From Octopus bimaculoides (Eukaryota), in contig NC_068988.1 of assembly GCF_001194135.2 (NCBI RefSeq), positions 28,357,012 through 28,421,011 of the forward strand: a stretch of 64,000 nucleotides of DNA, written 5' to 3'. Shown here piece after piece: positions 1 to 12,800 of the stretch. A program made the position numbers and the translations under genes. The notes below the pieces were generated by a model. It saw only the letters and a program-made list of their open reading frames with translations. It searched no databases and was not told the origin of the DNA. Position 1 is the stretch's first letter. Every line of letters begins with the position of its first letter.

Positions 1-676
1 GCAGTGATGCCCTACCATGGCTGCAGTCCAATGACTGAAGCAAGTAAAAGATAAAAGACAAAGTTAGTTGGACACAATGGGACACTGGTGTTGATGATTA
101 AAACAAGCAATTTGGATGAATTCTATCAGCAGAAGTGAGAATATTATTTTCCTTTCATTTTAAGCAAACACGACATTCATTCATTCAGATGAATCATCTG
201 GAGGGAAAATCTATTATGTGCTGAAGTTAATGTTCGTTCATACCACAGATTGTTTTTTAACCATTTTACACCTGCTTTTCTTACATTGTTGGATGGTTAT
301 GAACATCAAGATATCAGTATGAAAATGCTGGAACAGGTGTTTACAGCTGGATGCTGTGCTTGATATTAAATATTTGCAAATGAAGCTAGCGTAGTACCTA
401 TTCTCAGCTGGGTGGACGAAGTCAGGTAATATAATCTGCCATCATAGCCTACGGGCATAGAATAATGTCTTTAGTTATTAGATCCCAGTCCTTGTTAGAA
501 TGGTATAAAAATAGTAAAACATGTCAGAGCTGCCATGATAATATCTGATTTAATGTAAAAAGAAGTATGCTTTCATCTTATATGTTTTATAATATTTATA
601 TAAAAATTTCCTGATTAATGCAATTATAAAACTAATGTAAAGAGAAATTTGCAAAAAAAAAAAAAAAAACGAAATT

Positions 677-1060
677 AGGCATAGCTGTGAGGTTAAGAAG
701 CTTGCCTTGCAATCACATAGTTTCAGGTTCAGACCCACTGTGCAGCACCTTAGGCAAATGGCTTCTACTATAGCTCCAGGTCGACTAATGCCTTGTGAGT
801 GAATTTGATAGATAGACACTGGTGTAGAAGCTTGTTGTGTGTGTGTGTGTGTGTTTATTGCCCTATACCACTATAAACAACCAGTGTTAGTTTGTTTACA
901 TCTGCATGATGTAGCACCTTGGGAAAAGACACTGAAAGACTAAATACTAGACCTAAAAGACAAGTCCTGGGGTTGATTTGTTCAACTAAATCCCCTCAAG
1001 GCCATTCTCCAGCATGGCCAGAGTCCAATGAATGAAACAAGAAACATAAAGGATAAAAGA
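677..1060 (+). mobile_element. SINE family A (tRNA-like head, CORE-like segment, internal microsatellite, TAAAAGA-type tail), near full length
   Basis: Head AGGCATAGCTGTGAGGTTAAGAAGCTTG...GGTTCAGACCCAC (A/B-box-like), internal (GT)n, 3' part ...CAGCATGGCC...GGATAAAAGA. The same architecture recurs ~20 times; a 3'-end copy is at 1-58. Confidence 0.8.
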
Positions 1061-1229
1061 TTAATCTACCAAATATTTTCAGGGTTGTCTATCATCACAG
1101 AATTAAAAGTTTATGTTTCAATCAAGTAATAAATAAATGAAATAAATGTTAATGAAATAGGAACCACACAACTTTGTTTACACTATCATCAAGTTCTCTC
1201 ATAGACACAATTAATATGGAAATAAATCT

Positions 1230-1575
1230 TTTTTACCAAATAAGGTCAAATTGTCCCATGACCAGATATGTTTTCACAGAAAACTGGAATTAAAAGACAC
1301 TGCTTGTATTACAGTAGCACTTGTTTACAACTATCACATGACATCAAGTCAAAGAAACACGTTCACATATATACACATATATAAAGTAACACAATTCACA
1401 CATACACAATTATGATGGGCTTCTTTCAGTTTCCATCTACTAAATTCATACACAAAGCATTGGTAGCTGCAGAGCCATAGTAGAAAACACCTGCCCAAGG
1501 TGAAATGCAGTGGGACTGAACCTGAAACCATGTGGTTGGAAAACAAGCTTCTTACCACACAACGACAGCTGCACC
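1230..1575 (-). mobile_element. SINE family A head joined via a microsatellite to an alternative (type E, RTE-tail-related) 3' half
   Basis: On the minus strand: family A head (1575-1410), degenerate (TG/TA)n, then CTTGATGTCATGTGATAGTTGTAAACAAGTGC...GAAAACATATCTGGTCATGGG. The same junction is at 49010-49312. Confidence 0.65.
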
Positions 1576-1833
1576 TCATATGAAAATCAAGATTCTGTGC
1601 TGTATGGTGGTACCTGTGCTGTAACAGCATGTCACTGCATCCGTCATTTGCTGGTGATTCCCTCCTACTCCTGGTAGATTACACCTTAGCACCACTCAAA
1701 TGACAAGCCTCCAACCTATGGATCTAATTAGGTAGTCGTTGCTGGTGAGGATTTTACAAGGTCCAAGTGAAAATCCTAACCCAACCAAGATTCAATGCAA
1801 ACAAAATATTTGCAGCTACATATATCATCTATC

Positions 1834-1869
<36 letters not shown>

Positions 1870-2651
1870 CAATTATGTACAAAATATGTATGTAATATAT
1901 TCTTATTTAATATTCAGGGCAGAAAACATTCTGTATTCTCTTGAAAGTGAATATTTTAGTTGTAGTACATAGCTAGTAAGTATGACCATTTTCAACACTT
2001 ACTGTATACATTGTCAGCCTTTCAGCTGAAGTGTGTGGAACTTTTCCATTAAGGGTTCCATTACAGTGACCCTGAGCAAGGCATTGAACTTTATCTAAAC
2101 CTCTCTTACATAAACGTTTTTAAGAGATGAAATACAGCAACAACAACAAAACAAATAGGGTTACACTTTATATGCATCTTGATGATTTATGGTGCCTGTA
2201 TAGTATCTTCTTACGGATGAATACAACACCAAATACACATTTCACTGAGGCTAAATCAATCTCTGCAAGACCAGAATGCATTGTTGTAAGATATTAAGTT
2301 TGGCACTCTATAAGTGGCGTATCTAATGTCATGTATGCAATAAACTATTTTGCCACCAATGAGGAAAGTTTTGAGATAAAGAAGAGATATTTACAAAGTA
2401 CACTTTGTTTCAACAACAAAATCTGCAATGTTAATCTAACAACAGCAATATTAATTTCTTCAGGCTAGGCACAGTGTGTAAGGGAGAAGTGTTATGGTCA
2501 ATTAACATGGCCTTAAGTTTACTGGAACTTACTTTCAAACAGTTCTTAGAATGAAATTCAAAGTCAACTTTAATAGTATTTGAAATATAAAGTGATGAGG
2601 CTGCAAACTACAAACCATAAAGCATCTTGGGTGGCTTTCTACCATCTGCAT

Positions 2652-2713
2652 ATAATAATAATAATAATAACAATAATAATAATAATAATGATGATGATGA
2701 TGATGGTAGTAGC

Positions 2714-2766
<53 letters not shown>
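2652..2766. repeat. Compound trinucleotide microsatellite (ATA)n-(ATG)n-(GTA)n
   Basis: Read directly. It explains the poly-Y/poly-V ORFs 2535..2792 and 2580..2804. Confidence 0.95.
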
Positions 2767-3187
2767 GGGAGAATGGTAGAAATGTTGTACATGAGATATG
2801 CTAATGCAAGTGAATGAATTTTAGAGACATGATACTGGTGTGTAAATTATCCACTGGGAGTTACATGAAATGTATAACTTAGAAAGGGTATGGAAGTGAC
2901 ATGAAAACCAGCGAGTACAGATGATTCTAAAGACATCGAAGTTCTTTGAGATTTTAGATATCCAATTTTATATTGAGTTAAAAGACAAGATAGGGACTTG
3001 TAAAATCATTGATAATACATTGTAGAAGTATGCTGGAATTGATCTCAAAGAATAAGAAACATTTTGGATGTAGCTTAAATATAGGACTGCAATTATCATC
3101 ATCATTATCATCACTATTTAACATACATTTTCTTTCCTGGCATGTGTTGGTTTAACAGAAGCTAGTAAACTACAGGTCTGTAGCAAG

Positions 3188-3224
<37 letters not shown>

Positions 3225-3343
3225 GGACTTCTTCCAGTTTCCCTCTACCAAATCTACTCACAAGGCTTTGGCCAGTCCAGTGCTATAGTAGCTGGATATT
3301 TATGCAGGGTACTACACTGCAGGGGGATTGAAAGAAGTATTTC

Positions 3344-3375
<32 letters not shown>

Positions 3376-4772
3376 ATTCTTGTCTTGACATCACACGATA
3401 GTTGTAAACGAGCATCACTGTCATACAAGTGAAGTCTGTTTCCAGTTTTCAGTGGAAAATAAGTCTGGTCGTGGGAAATATTATATTGTTTGAAAAGAGA
3501 TGAGGGTTGGCAACAGGAAAGGCATCTGACTGTAAAAAATCTATCTCAATAAACTCAATCCAACCCAAGGATGTTACAATAATGATGATGAGAAATGTCT
3601 TAACAGATGTAAAGCAGATATCTCAACTGATTCAGTTAGACCTTTCTAAAGAATACAGAAAGGGTATCACAAAACTGAGAAAAAGGTTAATAATTTATGT
3701 TAGAATTAACTAACCAAACAATCAGATTTCTTTTGGCAGGGTCAAGAATACTAGATATTATAAGGAGACTGATATTTTAGTATTGATTGCATTTAGACCT
3801 TCTTGGAGTTTGGTACAGTCTTCTGGTTTGTTTGATCTTGCTGAATCATACAAACCATACTGGCATGGAAGACAAACAATAAGTGATGATGATGGATCCT
3901 ACAACTTATTACTTATCAGAATCTAATCCAAAAATGGGCTTCTGATAAATGTATCTTTCAAAGATAAAACACAAAGTACTTTAAAAATGCTGAAATTTTT
4001 AAAAGTCATTGATAAAGAAGACAAACAGGAAACACCAAGCATGGTTTAGAGTTGATACATTAACATGTGAAAATGGAAATACTAGTGTCAATAAATGACA
4101 TCTAAACTGAACCAGTGAATGAGCCTTTATGTGGTCACTAGAGGTGCAAGAAGTAGCAAACAACTCTTCCTTAAATCATAGCCTATCATCTTAACAAAAG
4201 AAAGACACAGTATATCTCAGAATACATTACTCATTGATTGAAAAAGATGCTATTGTCACAAGTGGAACATCTTTGATAGGTTTTCTGGATTAAGGTTGAC
4301 TTAAAACAATGTCTAAGTAATTATATTCCTTAGATTACATTTAATCATTAAAATCTTTATAATTAGTCTAAAGCTCTAAATAACAGACAGCATCTAAAAT
4401 TTTGCATGAGCAAAACTATTTGGTAAACAGCTATGTTCACATTTGTTTACTTTGATATTTTTTTTATGGAGTTGCCAATACAGCTACTGCCAACTCTATT
4501 ACCGGATTTGACATAATTATTGTAAACACAACATTAAAATCATTTGGTAATGCCAAAGCAGTCAACACTTTTCTGTGTATGAAACATTGCATTCTGAGGT
4601 TTCTTCATCAATATTTAAAATCCTGAATTTGAACCTTGTGACATCCACAAATTTTTTACCAATCTGGGCCATTGGCTTCAAAAATCTCCTTAACAATGAT
4701 ATCAGTCAGCAGCTTCAGTCAAGGTCAGAATAGGGGTGCAGAAGAGGAATTTATCTTGAATATTGCTTTTAA

Positions 4773-4975
4773 ACCTTTAGCATTCAAATTACTCTGTCAA
4801 ACATAATGCTTATCTATTCATATTGTTTTGAATTAATCATACATTATTTCGTAGCCTTGAGATTTCAATGATGTGATTGTTTATTTTTAGAATGACATTG
4901 TCAGGTAGATCTGGTCATTTTGAATATAGAACAGGTAGAATATTTGGTCCTGATATGGCCAGTTTGAATACTAAA
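4773..4975. mobile_element. piggyBac-like MITE nested in the Buster fossil
   Basis: TTAA + (A)CCTTTAGCATT at the left end, decayed right end. Homologous to 33341-33556 and 6196-6411. Buster homology resumes on both sides. Confidence 0.65.
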
Positions 4976-5795
4976 TAAAGACTGGGAACAAACAGCAGCA
5001 TTAGTTGACTTATATCTTTGAGTATAGAAGAGAGGAGTTCTTTGACTTCATTAAATACTTGACATCTTGCTACATCTCACTTATCTGCCTGGATATAGTA
5101 TTATTAAAAACAGAGACACTCCATTTAGTAGCAGCATCCTCTCCAAAAACAATTCAACTGATCTCTTCAGCACATGGTGGCATAAGTTACTTATCAATTG
5201 TGTGAAGTTTCTTTACCTGAGTAATCTTATATGCAACAATGCATGAAGCCCACACTGCATTAGGGTATATTTTTTTCTTTTTATAAAAGCTTCTAGTGGT
5301 GCTTAAGATGCTGTCATTTGAAACCTGATAACAGATGTTAGAAATAATTTTCATCCCGTTTGACTAATCTTTGATATCTTGTTTCTAAATGAAGTTTTAA
5401 TGTAGAAGACTTCATTGAATCGTTACTCTGCACTTTGAAACCTGCAGCACACATTGGCAAACTCACACCACCTTTTTTCTGATAAGTAAATCCAAATTTA
5501 ATACACTCATTTAAGTATTCCATAATGGTCATAAACTCTGGGTCTCTTTTACAGACCCAAAGCTCACTTTTCATAATTCTAAATTTAATTTTAAAATAGA
5601 GTTATTGCAACAGTAATAATTAAATTAATTTCCAATTCATTATTCTTACATCAATGAACGGTTATTTAAATTAATTGATGCAGTAATTAATATTCAATAA
5701 AATTAAAATTTTAAATCTTAGAAATCATAAACATCATAACATTTTAATCTTCAACAACTTAGATAGCAATGTACTTGCCCAGACAGGAAGAAAGC

Positions 5796-6020
5796 GCGCT
5801 GGCAGAAACATTAGCACACCAGGCAAAATACTCAGCGGTATTTCGTGTCTTTACATTCTGAGTTCAAATTCCACCGAGGTCGACTTTGCCTTTCATCCTT
5901 TCAGGGGTCGATAAATTAAGTACCAGTTACGCACTGGGGGTCGATCTAATCGACTTAATCCCTTTGTCTGTCCTTGTTTGTCCCCTCTATGTTTAGCCCC
6001 TTGTGGGCAGTAAAGAAATA
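5796..6020 (+). mobile_element. SINE family B (tail type 1) with perfect 15-bp TSD, nested in the Buster fossil
   Basis: TSD AGACAGGAAGAAAGC at 5781-5795 and 6021-6035. Body ...GAGTTCAAATTCCACCGAGGTCGACTTTGCCTTTCATCC..., ending AAAGAAATA. Confidence 0.9.
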
Positions 6021-6195
6021 AGACAGGAAGAAAGCCCACGTTCACGAAGGAAACAAACCATGCGTCTGCTGTCCTTTATGAAGTAGTACAAACACTCACT
6101 TTGCAATTTTCTAATGGACCACTGAAAGTTTTGTCATGGACCACTAAAGTCCAAGGACCATTAGTTGAGAATTGCTGTCCTAAACACAGGCTTAA

Positions 6196-6411
6196 CCCTT
6201 CAGCATTTAAACCATCCACAACCAGCCTAGACATCTTAGTTGTTTTAGGTTCAAATCAGCCGAATCCAGCTTCTCATACCTATCCTACAATGTCATTCTA
6301 AAAATAAACAAGGACATCACCAACGTCTCAAAGCTACAAGATAATGTATGACTAATTCAAACTAATTTGAATAAATACGCATTATATTTGACAGAGTAAT
6401 CTGAATGTTAA
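6196..6411. mobile_element. piggyBac-like MITE
   Basis: TTAA + CCCTTCAGCATTTAAAC left end, homologous to 33341-33556. Right end decayed. Confidence 0.6.
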
Positions 6412-7723
6412 TGACTGTTAAAAAGATATTTTACGAAATCCTTGATTATTCCCAAAATGAATCCAAACCCAATGTATTTAATTAAAAATTGGTAAAAAAA
6501 AAAAAGGCCCAAGACATCTTTTGATAGAATTACTGTGTTTCTTTTTATATTCTTCTTTTTCTTTCTAGTAAAGTGTAATTTGGTCACAAAAATACTACAA
6601 CTTTACAATTAATGTGTAAAGCTCTACTGAAACCACGTACAAGAGTGCAGAATTCTAACATAATTCTACAATATTTTAACATGACAATAGTGACGATAAT
6701 GATGATTAATATTGGTTGTCTTGTAGGATTTTTAGCTGCATTTATTAATTATGGAAAATTTCAACTCTACTTTTGACTGAAGTATGAACACAAATGAGAA
6801 TTTTGAGTACATTAAAAAAAAAAACAGGTTAAAAAATTGGTGTTTTATCCAGAACAGCTGCTTGAATAGTTAAACAAGCTGATGAAGTTTGAGTAAGCAA
6901 GATCAATGACAAATAAAACAAATTTGAAACATTGTCAGAGCAGTGCAAACGGTTAAATGGGTAAAAGACATGGGACTAAAATGCTTTGGTGACACCCCAC
7001 TCCCTTTTATACCATTAAGAGTCAGCCAAATTTAATAAACAACATGTAAATTGCTTAACTTCCTCTGTATTCAGAAGAGGGATTTCAATAAATATATATA
7101 TATATATATATATATAAAAGGAAAGAAAGAAAAGCTATCCTATGGGAAAGTACTTTAATGTACTGAATAGCGAACTGGCACGGTTGCAAATTTCAGTGGA
7201 AACCAAGTTTCTCTCATCGGCAGTCTAAGCAGTAACAGCTTCATACAAAGTTAACAGAAAACCAGAAATCTAACAGATTATTGTATAATGTTAAAAAAAT
7301 GCCTGACTACTCATTAAATAGAACTTACACAAATGGGACCAATTAACCTTTTGCAAAATCATGAAAATCATTAAGTCACAATGTTGTAGCCTTTCGTTTA
7401 TCACAATTTTCTGTAGGAATTACCACCATAAACATCTCCCACTACAATATATGAATAATTGTTGTATTTTATATTATACATTTTCACAAACATACACACA
7501 TGTTCGCACACACGCACATATACGAAACAAGAAAGTATAACTACTTATATAAAGGTTACATACAAATAGGAACCAATTATTATTGTTGTGAATGAATATG
7601 GAAGAGGAAAAGTGTAAGTATTAAATATCAGAAACTTATATCTATAGATATAAAAACATATACTTCTGGTTTAATGGAAATATTAAAATGTACATAACAA
7701 TTTATTGAAGAATATTTCTAAAA

Positions 7724-7935
7724 ATTGATTTCAAATTTTGGTACAAGGCCAACAATTTCAGAAGGGATAAGCCGATTACATCAACCCCAGTGTTCAACTG
7801 GTGTTATTTTATCGGCCCTGAAGAATGAAAGCTAAAGTCAACATCAGTAGATTTGAACTCAGAACATAAATTCGGAAGAAATAACGCTAAGCATTTTTTT
7901 CCACTGCAGTAACAATTCTGCCAGCTCACCACCTT
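7724..7935 (-). mobile_element. SINE family B (tail type 2)
   Basis: Same head/core as 5796-6020, but the 3' end reads ...GGCCTTGTACCAAAATTTGAAATCAAT. Confidence 0.75.
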
Positions 7936-8272
7936 TGATATTTTTCAAAATTATCATGGAAACCGAACCAGTCTATAGGAAATTTTTCAAATTCTTTACT
8001 TTTCATCATTCTCATCATCATACCCTGACATCTCTGTCAAGCAGCATTTTAATATACTTTTGATATGAACAAAAGTATTCAAGATCATTAAATTAATGAA
8101 AGCTCTGATGTTAATATTTTTGGGCAAAATTTCAATGTACAAAGAGAATTTATCTATAAACATTAAAATTTTTCTGATAGCTCAGAGGAATGTGTTTATG
8201 TGTGTTGTTTCAACTTTTATTTATTTGTGAAACCTCATTTAAACAGTAAATTGGTTGTTTATTTCAATTATG

Positions 8273-8670
8273 TCTTTTATTTTTTACTTGTTTCAATCAT
8301 TAGACTGCAGCTATGCTGGGGCACCACCTAGAAGAATTTTACTCAAACAAACCAACCCCAGTGCTCATTATTTTTTGTTACCCCTGGTACTTATTCTATC
8401 AGTCTCTTTTGCCAAGCCACTAACTTACAGGGATGTAAACAAACCAACACCAGTTGTCAAGTGATGGTGGGAGACAAACACAGACACAAAAACACACACA
8501 CACACTCTGTATACACCCCCCACACACACACACACACACACAACAGGCTTCTTTCAGTTTCTGCATTCAGAAAACTTTGATCAGCCTGAGGTTAAAGTGG
8601 AAGACACTTACCCAAGGTGCCATGCAATGGGACTGAACCCAGAACCATGTGGAGGAGAAGCAAACTTCCT
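8273..8670 (-). mobile_element. SINE family A, near full length
   Basis: Reverse complement of the family A architecture, with internal (CA)n at ~8485-8540. Confidence 0.8.
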
Positions 8671-9578
8671 GACACACCTGTAGCCATATATTTGTTTTGA
8701 TTCCTCCAGACTAACTCATACAGAAGTCAACACAAGACTGTTTACTGTTATATCTAAATAAAATAATGCACTGACTAGGTTAAGAGTTCAAATCTCTATC
8801 CTAAGACAAGGCAAGAGGCTAATTATCTCTGCCAGATAATTTGAAAGCAAAGTGCTACTTCAAAGTAATATTTGAGTTTATGACATAAGAAATTAGAAAC
8901 TTCAGGAGACATGAAAGTAGATAAAGCTATAAATAATGTGGATAGCCTTTGACTTTACTATCTAAAGGGATTTTTAACCCAATATTTGCACACTCTTTGA
9001 GTATTTTGCATTAGAAGAAGCGCTAAGCCATAAAACCTTCATTTCAACATTCTTACAAATTGAATGAATTTTTAAAAGCTTCTAAATCTTGCCAAGGCAA
9101 TTGGCACAAGATAAAACACAATACATTCACATATGTTTGAAGAGATTAGTAAAGGTCTGCTCCAGTAAGTGTCAGTAGAATAGAAACAAATTATTGGGTT
9201 TATAATTAGGTTGTAATAATAATAAGAAATATCTAACATTTCAGGTGAAGTCCAAGCATGGCCATATGTTTCAAGGAGTTTGGCTGACAATCACATGATT
9301 CTTAGTTCAATCTCATTGCATTATACCTGAAATGAGTGTTTCCTACCACACTTCTAGTCAACCAAAGGCATGTGAATAAAACTGAATCAATGGAAACTGT
9401 GTAGAAGCTCATTGGATTAGTTATACTTATTCTTAGGCAAAAGAATTAATCCATCACCCTTAGGTGCTTTTAGTGGAATTCACTTTGTTCCAAGCATTCA
9501 AACCAAGTCTGTAGGTAACTTGATATTTTGATCCCTTACTCCTAACCAAAAAGTTGTTGTTCCCTTATTCGTTTAACC

Positions 9579-9825
9579 CAGGGTTTCTCAACCATTTTCT
9601 CACCTAAGGACCCCTTTGAGTCCTATTTAACTCGGATGAATCCTCCAAGCCATTCAGTGTTAATAAAACTTTATTATATTTTTATAATTAGATATTATTA
9701 GGAATTGTATAAAAACAATTATGAAAATATTTTGTGTATTGTAGAAGTATAATCAATTTAATTTGTATATGACCCCCCCCCCCTTAGCCCTCAGGGGTCA
9801 TACAGATCCCAGCTGAGAACCACTG
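9579..9825. mobile_element. hAT (Buster/Charlie-type) MITE
   Basis: TIRs CAGGGTTTCTCAACC / AGCTGAGAACCACTG. 8-bp TSD GTTTAACC (9571-9578) / CTTTAACC (9826-9833), with central TA. Confidence 0.8.
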
Positions 9826-11705
9826 CTTTAACCCGTTGGTTTGAAGAGCCCTGCAAAAAGGTCATGGGTACTGCCCTGTTTCCTCTTACAAACCCGATAA
9901 GCAATTGAATAATGAAAAAAAGAGAATGAAAAATATTCTTTTATGCGCTGTTTTTTCATATTATTTCATTTTCCAATGAAGGGTTCTGCTTAAAGCATTA
10001 GGGATTTTTTTTTTATGGCAACTTAACATAGCTCATCTTTTTATTTTTCATTTTTACTGTATTAGATATTAGACAAAACAATTTTGTTGAAACTATTTGG
10101 CATCTATTTTTAAATTATGAAAGAGTTTGTTACTGAAGTTAAGTTTCAATACAAAGAAATTTATATGAAATTCCTGCAGTGAAAATGTGATTGTATCCTG
10201 TATTCAAGCGTTATATCAACTGCTGCAAGCGTGCTTTTTAACATGCATTTACTTAAAATAATAAAAAAATTGTTATATCATTCATTATCTTTCAGACACA
10301 GACCCTAAATTACAGAATTACAGAAAAGTTTAACACCAGTTTTCATTTCAGGTTGAATAGTGGGTGGATAGAGAAGAGATGGGTATCTGCCTGGAATCAA
10401 AAAAAATCTTCTTTCGCCTGAATCTTCACAAAATTGGCTCATTTGAATATCTTACAGTTACAAGAAAATGCAACAGATATTCAAAATGAAGATATTCAAA
10501 ATCCCTCATAAAGTTCACCTACTCTTTCTTTACACACTCTTTCTCTACCAAATATCCCCAACTTAATATCTGTCTGTTTATCTCAGTTACTAACACAATT
10601 CTGTTATATTAGGTAAAACTTAATATAATTTCACTCGTTTTTTTGCCATTTGAAGTAATATGTAAAACGAGGTGATAGATGCAAAGACGGGAAATGGACA
10701 TAAAAACATGAATGACATGAAGCTTAAATTTCAATGTGTTTTTTTAATTCAAAGTAACAGCTTGATAAGAATCTTACTAACTTCCTCTTATATGTAAACT
10801 GAGATATCATAAAAAAGGGAGTCAAAAAAATTGAGAACAGGCAACCTACCAGTTGCTGCAGCAACTTCTATATTGCTCATTAGGTGCCTAACACTAATCA
10901 GTTTCAACTGCTAGAAAATGTATCTAACACATTCCAAGAACTATATCCTTACTTTCATTAAAGAAGCTATTAGACAAAACTGAAAGAATGCACAAGTAAA
11001 TGGCTTTAAGGCTAATGTTTTTGAAAAGAAGTATATTCTTGCTACTGTTAAAAAGCCCTGAAAAAGTTGCAATCTTTACCTACTTAGGAAGGAAGAAAGA
11101 AAAATCCCACCAATCCTAGCAGGAATTGAAAATAGAATGTAGAGGACAGAGATTCAATACTGCAAACCATTTTGTTCAGTACTCTACCAAAATCTACAAA
11201 TCCACCTCGCTTTGTAAAATTAAGATACAAAATAATTTCTTACATGTATAAAGCCAGTTAAATTGACTTGAACACTTATATCAGTTCCGGAAGGATGGAA
11301 GGCAAAATTAATCTTTGACTAGATTCAACATGAGAACCAGAAGAACTGTAGCTAAATATAGTGATATTTTGTCTATTACACTAATAATGTCTTTGCATTT
11401 TGACTTAACTTCAGGAAAATTATAAAAGACTTGAATTGTAAATACAAACATGTATAATATTACATGCCAAATATTCGCTTATGTCTTGTACAAACTGTCA
11501 GTTCTCCTCATTGATTCTAAGCATCTTATACTAACTTTCACTCCTCTGCATATTTTTGGCTCATTCTGCAGTGAACACCATCCAAGCTTTTCTCCTGATC
11601 TCTTCTCTTAACCTTCAGATCCTAACCTAAGAAAGAAAGACACAGATCCTTATGTCATAAAGAAGTTACTTCACTTGGAAAGTGATCAGTCTGAAATAAA
11701 ACCAA

Positions 11706-11861
11706 CACAAGGCTGTATGTTTAAGAAGCTTAATTTGCAACCATGCGGTTTCAGGTTCAGTCCTACTCTGAGGCACTTTGAGCAAGTGTCTTCTACTAAA
11801 GCTCTTGGCCAACGAATGCCTTGTGAGTGAATTTAGTAGATGGAAATTGTGTTGAAGCCCA

Positions 11862-11924
<63 letters not shown>

Positions 11925-12110
11925 TGTGTGCTTGTGTCTGTGTTTGTCTGCCACCACCACTTACCAACCAGTGCTGGTTTGCTTATGCCTCCATAACTGA
12001 GCGACTAGGCAAAAGGGATTGATAAAGTATGTACCAAACTTAAAAATGAGTACTGGAGTTAATTAGCTTGATTAAAACCCTTCAAGGTGGTGCTCCAGCA
12101 TAGCATGACA
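11706..12110 (+). mobile_element. SINE family A, near full length
   Basis: Head, internal (GT)n at ~11865-11930, 3' part ending CAGCATAGCATGACAG. Confidence 0.8.
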
Positions 12111-12239
12111 GAAAAAAAACAACAACTAAAAGACAGAAAATAAGGAAGGGAAAGAAAAAAAAGAAACACCAGGCTTGCAAAAACAATTTTAGATGACATA
12201 ATAAACACATTATTTCTGTTCTGCCATAGTTAGATAGCA

Positions 12240-12550
12240 GGTGAAGGTGCATGGCCTGGTGGTTAGGGCACTTGGCTCATGATCATAAAGTCATGAGTTC
12301 AATTTGTGGTGGCACATCGTGTCCTTGAGCAAGACACATTATTTCATATTGCATCAGTCCACTCAGCTGGCAAAAATGAGTAGTTCCTGTAATTCAAATG
12401 GCCAGCCTTTTCACATTTTGTATCATGCTGAATCTCCCTAAAAACTACATGTCTGTGGAGTGCCTAGCCACTTGCGTGTTGATATCATAAGGAGGCTCTT
12501 CCATTGATCAGATCAACTGGAACCCTCGTTGTCGTAACCATTGAATGCCT
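12240..12550 (+). mobile_element. SINE family C (tRNA-like head)
   Basis: GGTGCATGGCCTGGTGGTTAGGG...GAGTTCAATT head, core GTCCACTCAGCTGGCAAAAATGAGTAG, 3' GATCAACTGGAACCCTCG. Related copies at 31020-31200 (-), 40600-40797 (-), 57247-57545 (+) and 58012-58330 (-). Confidence 0.75.
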
Positions 12551-12589
12551 GTAGATAGAAGTAGGAAAGAACTCCAACTATAAAACATA

Positions 12590-12590
12590 T

Positions 12591-12629
<39 letters not shown>

Positions 12630-12800
12630 CTTTATACGACGGGCTTCTTTCAATTTCCGTATACCAAATCCACTTCACAAGGCTTTGGTCGGCCTGAGGC
12701 TATAGTAGAAGACACTTGCCCAAGGTGCCACGCAGTGGAACTGAACCCGGAACCATGTGGTTGGTAAGCAAGCTACTTACCACACAGCCACTCCTATGCC
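12590..12800 (-). mobile_element. SINE family A 5' half, low divergence
   Basis: Clean head GGCATAGGAGTGGCTGTGTGGTAAGTAGCTTGCTTACCAACCACATGGTTCCGGGTTCAG, ending in (AT)n. Confidence 0.8.

Larger units (their letters stand above)
4380..6177 (-). mobile_element. Decayed hAT (Buster/Charlie-type) transposase fossil with one terminus
   Basis: Minus-strand peptides match Buster/ZBED5-like transposases from memory: IKFGFTY..GGVSLPMC..SNDSMKSSTLKLHLET (BED finger, 5338-5574), ASCIVAYKITQVKKLHTI...NNTISRQISEM (5000-5260), IQDKFLFCTP and MQCFIHRKVLTALALP (CxxH, ~4540-4770). Many stops and frameshifts. Terminus AGTTGAGAATTGCTG ends at 6177, followed by TCCTAAAC (nnnTAnnn). The other terminus was not found. 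Confidence 0.85.

Noticed and set aside
1998-2110. Open stretch KVQCLAQGHCNGTLNGK...MYT before a GTAAGT donor (minus)
   Set aside because: CLAQGH is the typical translation of the CTTGCTCAAG(G)AC SINE core seen elsewhere in the window, and there is no good acceptor.
2347-2605. Two possible small minus-strand exons (SSLYISNTIKVDFEFHSKNCLK and ILLLKQSV...)
   Set aside because: Splice signals are plausible, but the peptides are unrecognisable and the region abuts a microsatellite; indistinguishable from chance.
6879-6936. CUGAUGA...GAAACAUUGUC hammerhead-like string
   Set aside because: Core and GUC are present, but stem I cannot pair and helix II is out of register.
7171-7230. CCGAUGA...GAAA on the minus strand (hammerhead- or snoRNA-like)
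   Set aside because: No U16.1/H17 in register with stem I, extra bases before GAAA, and no C/D box pair.
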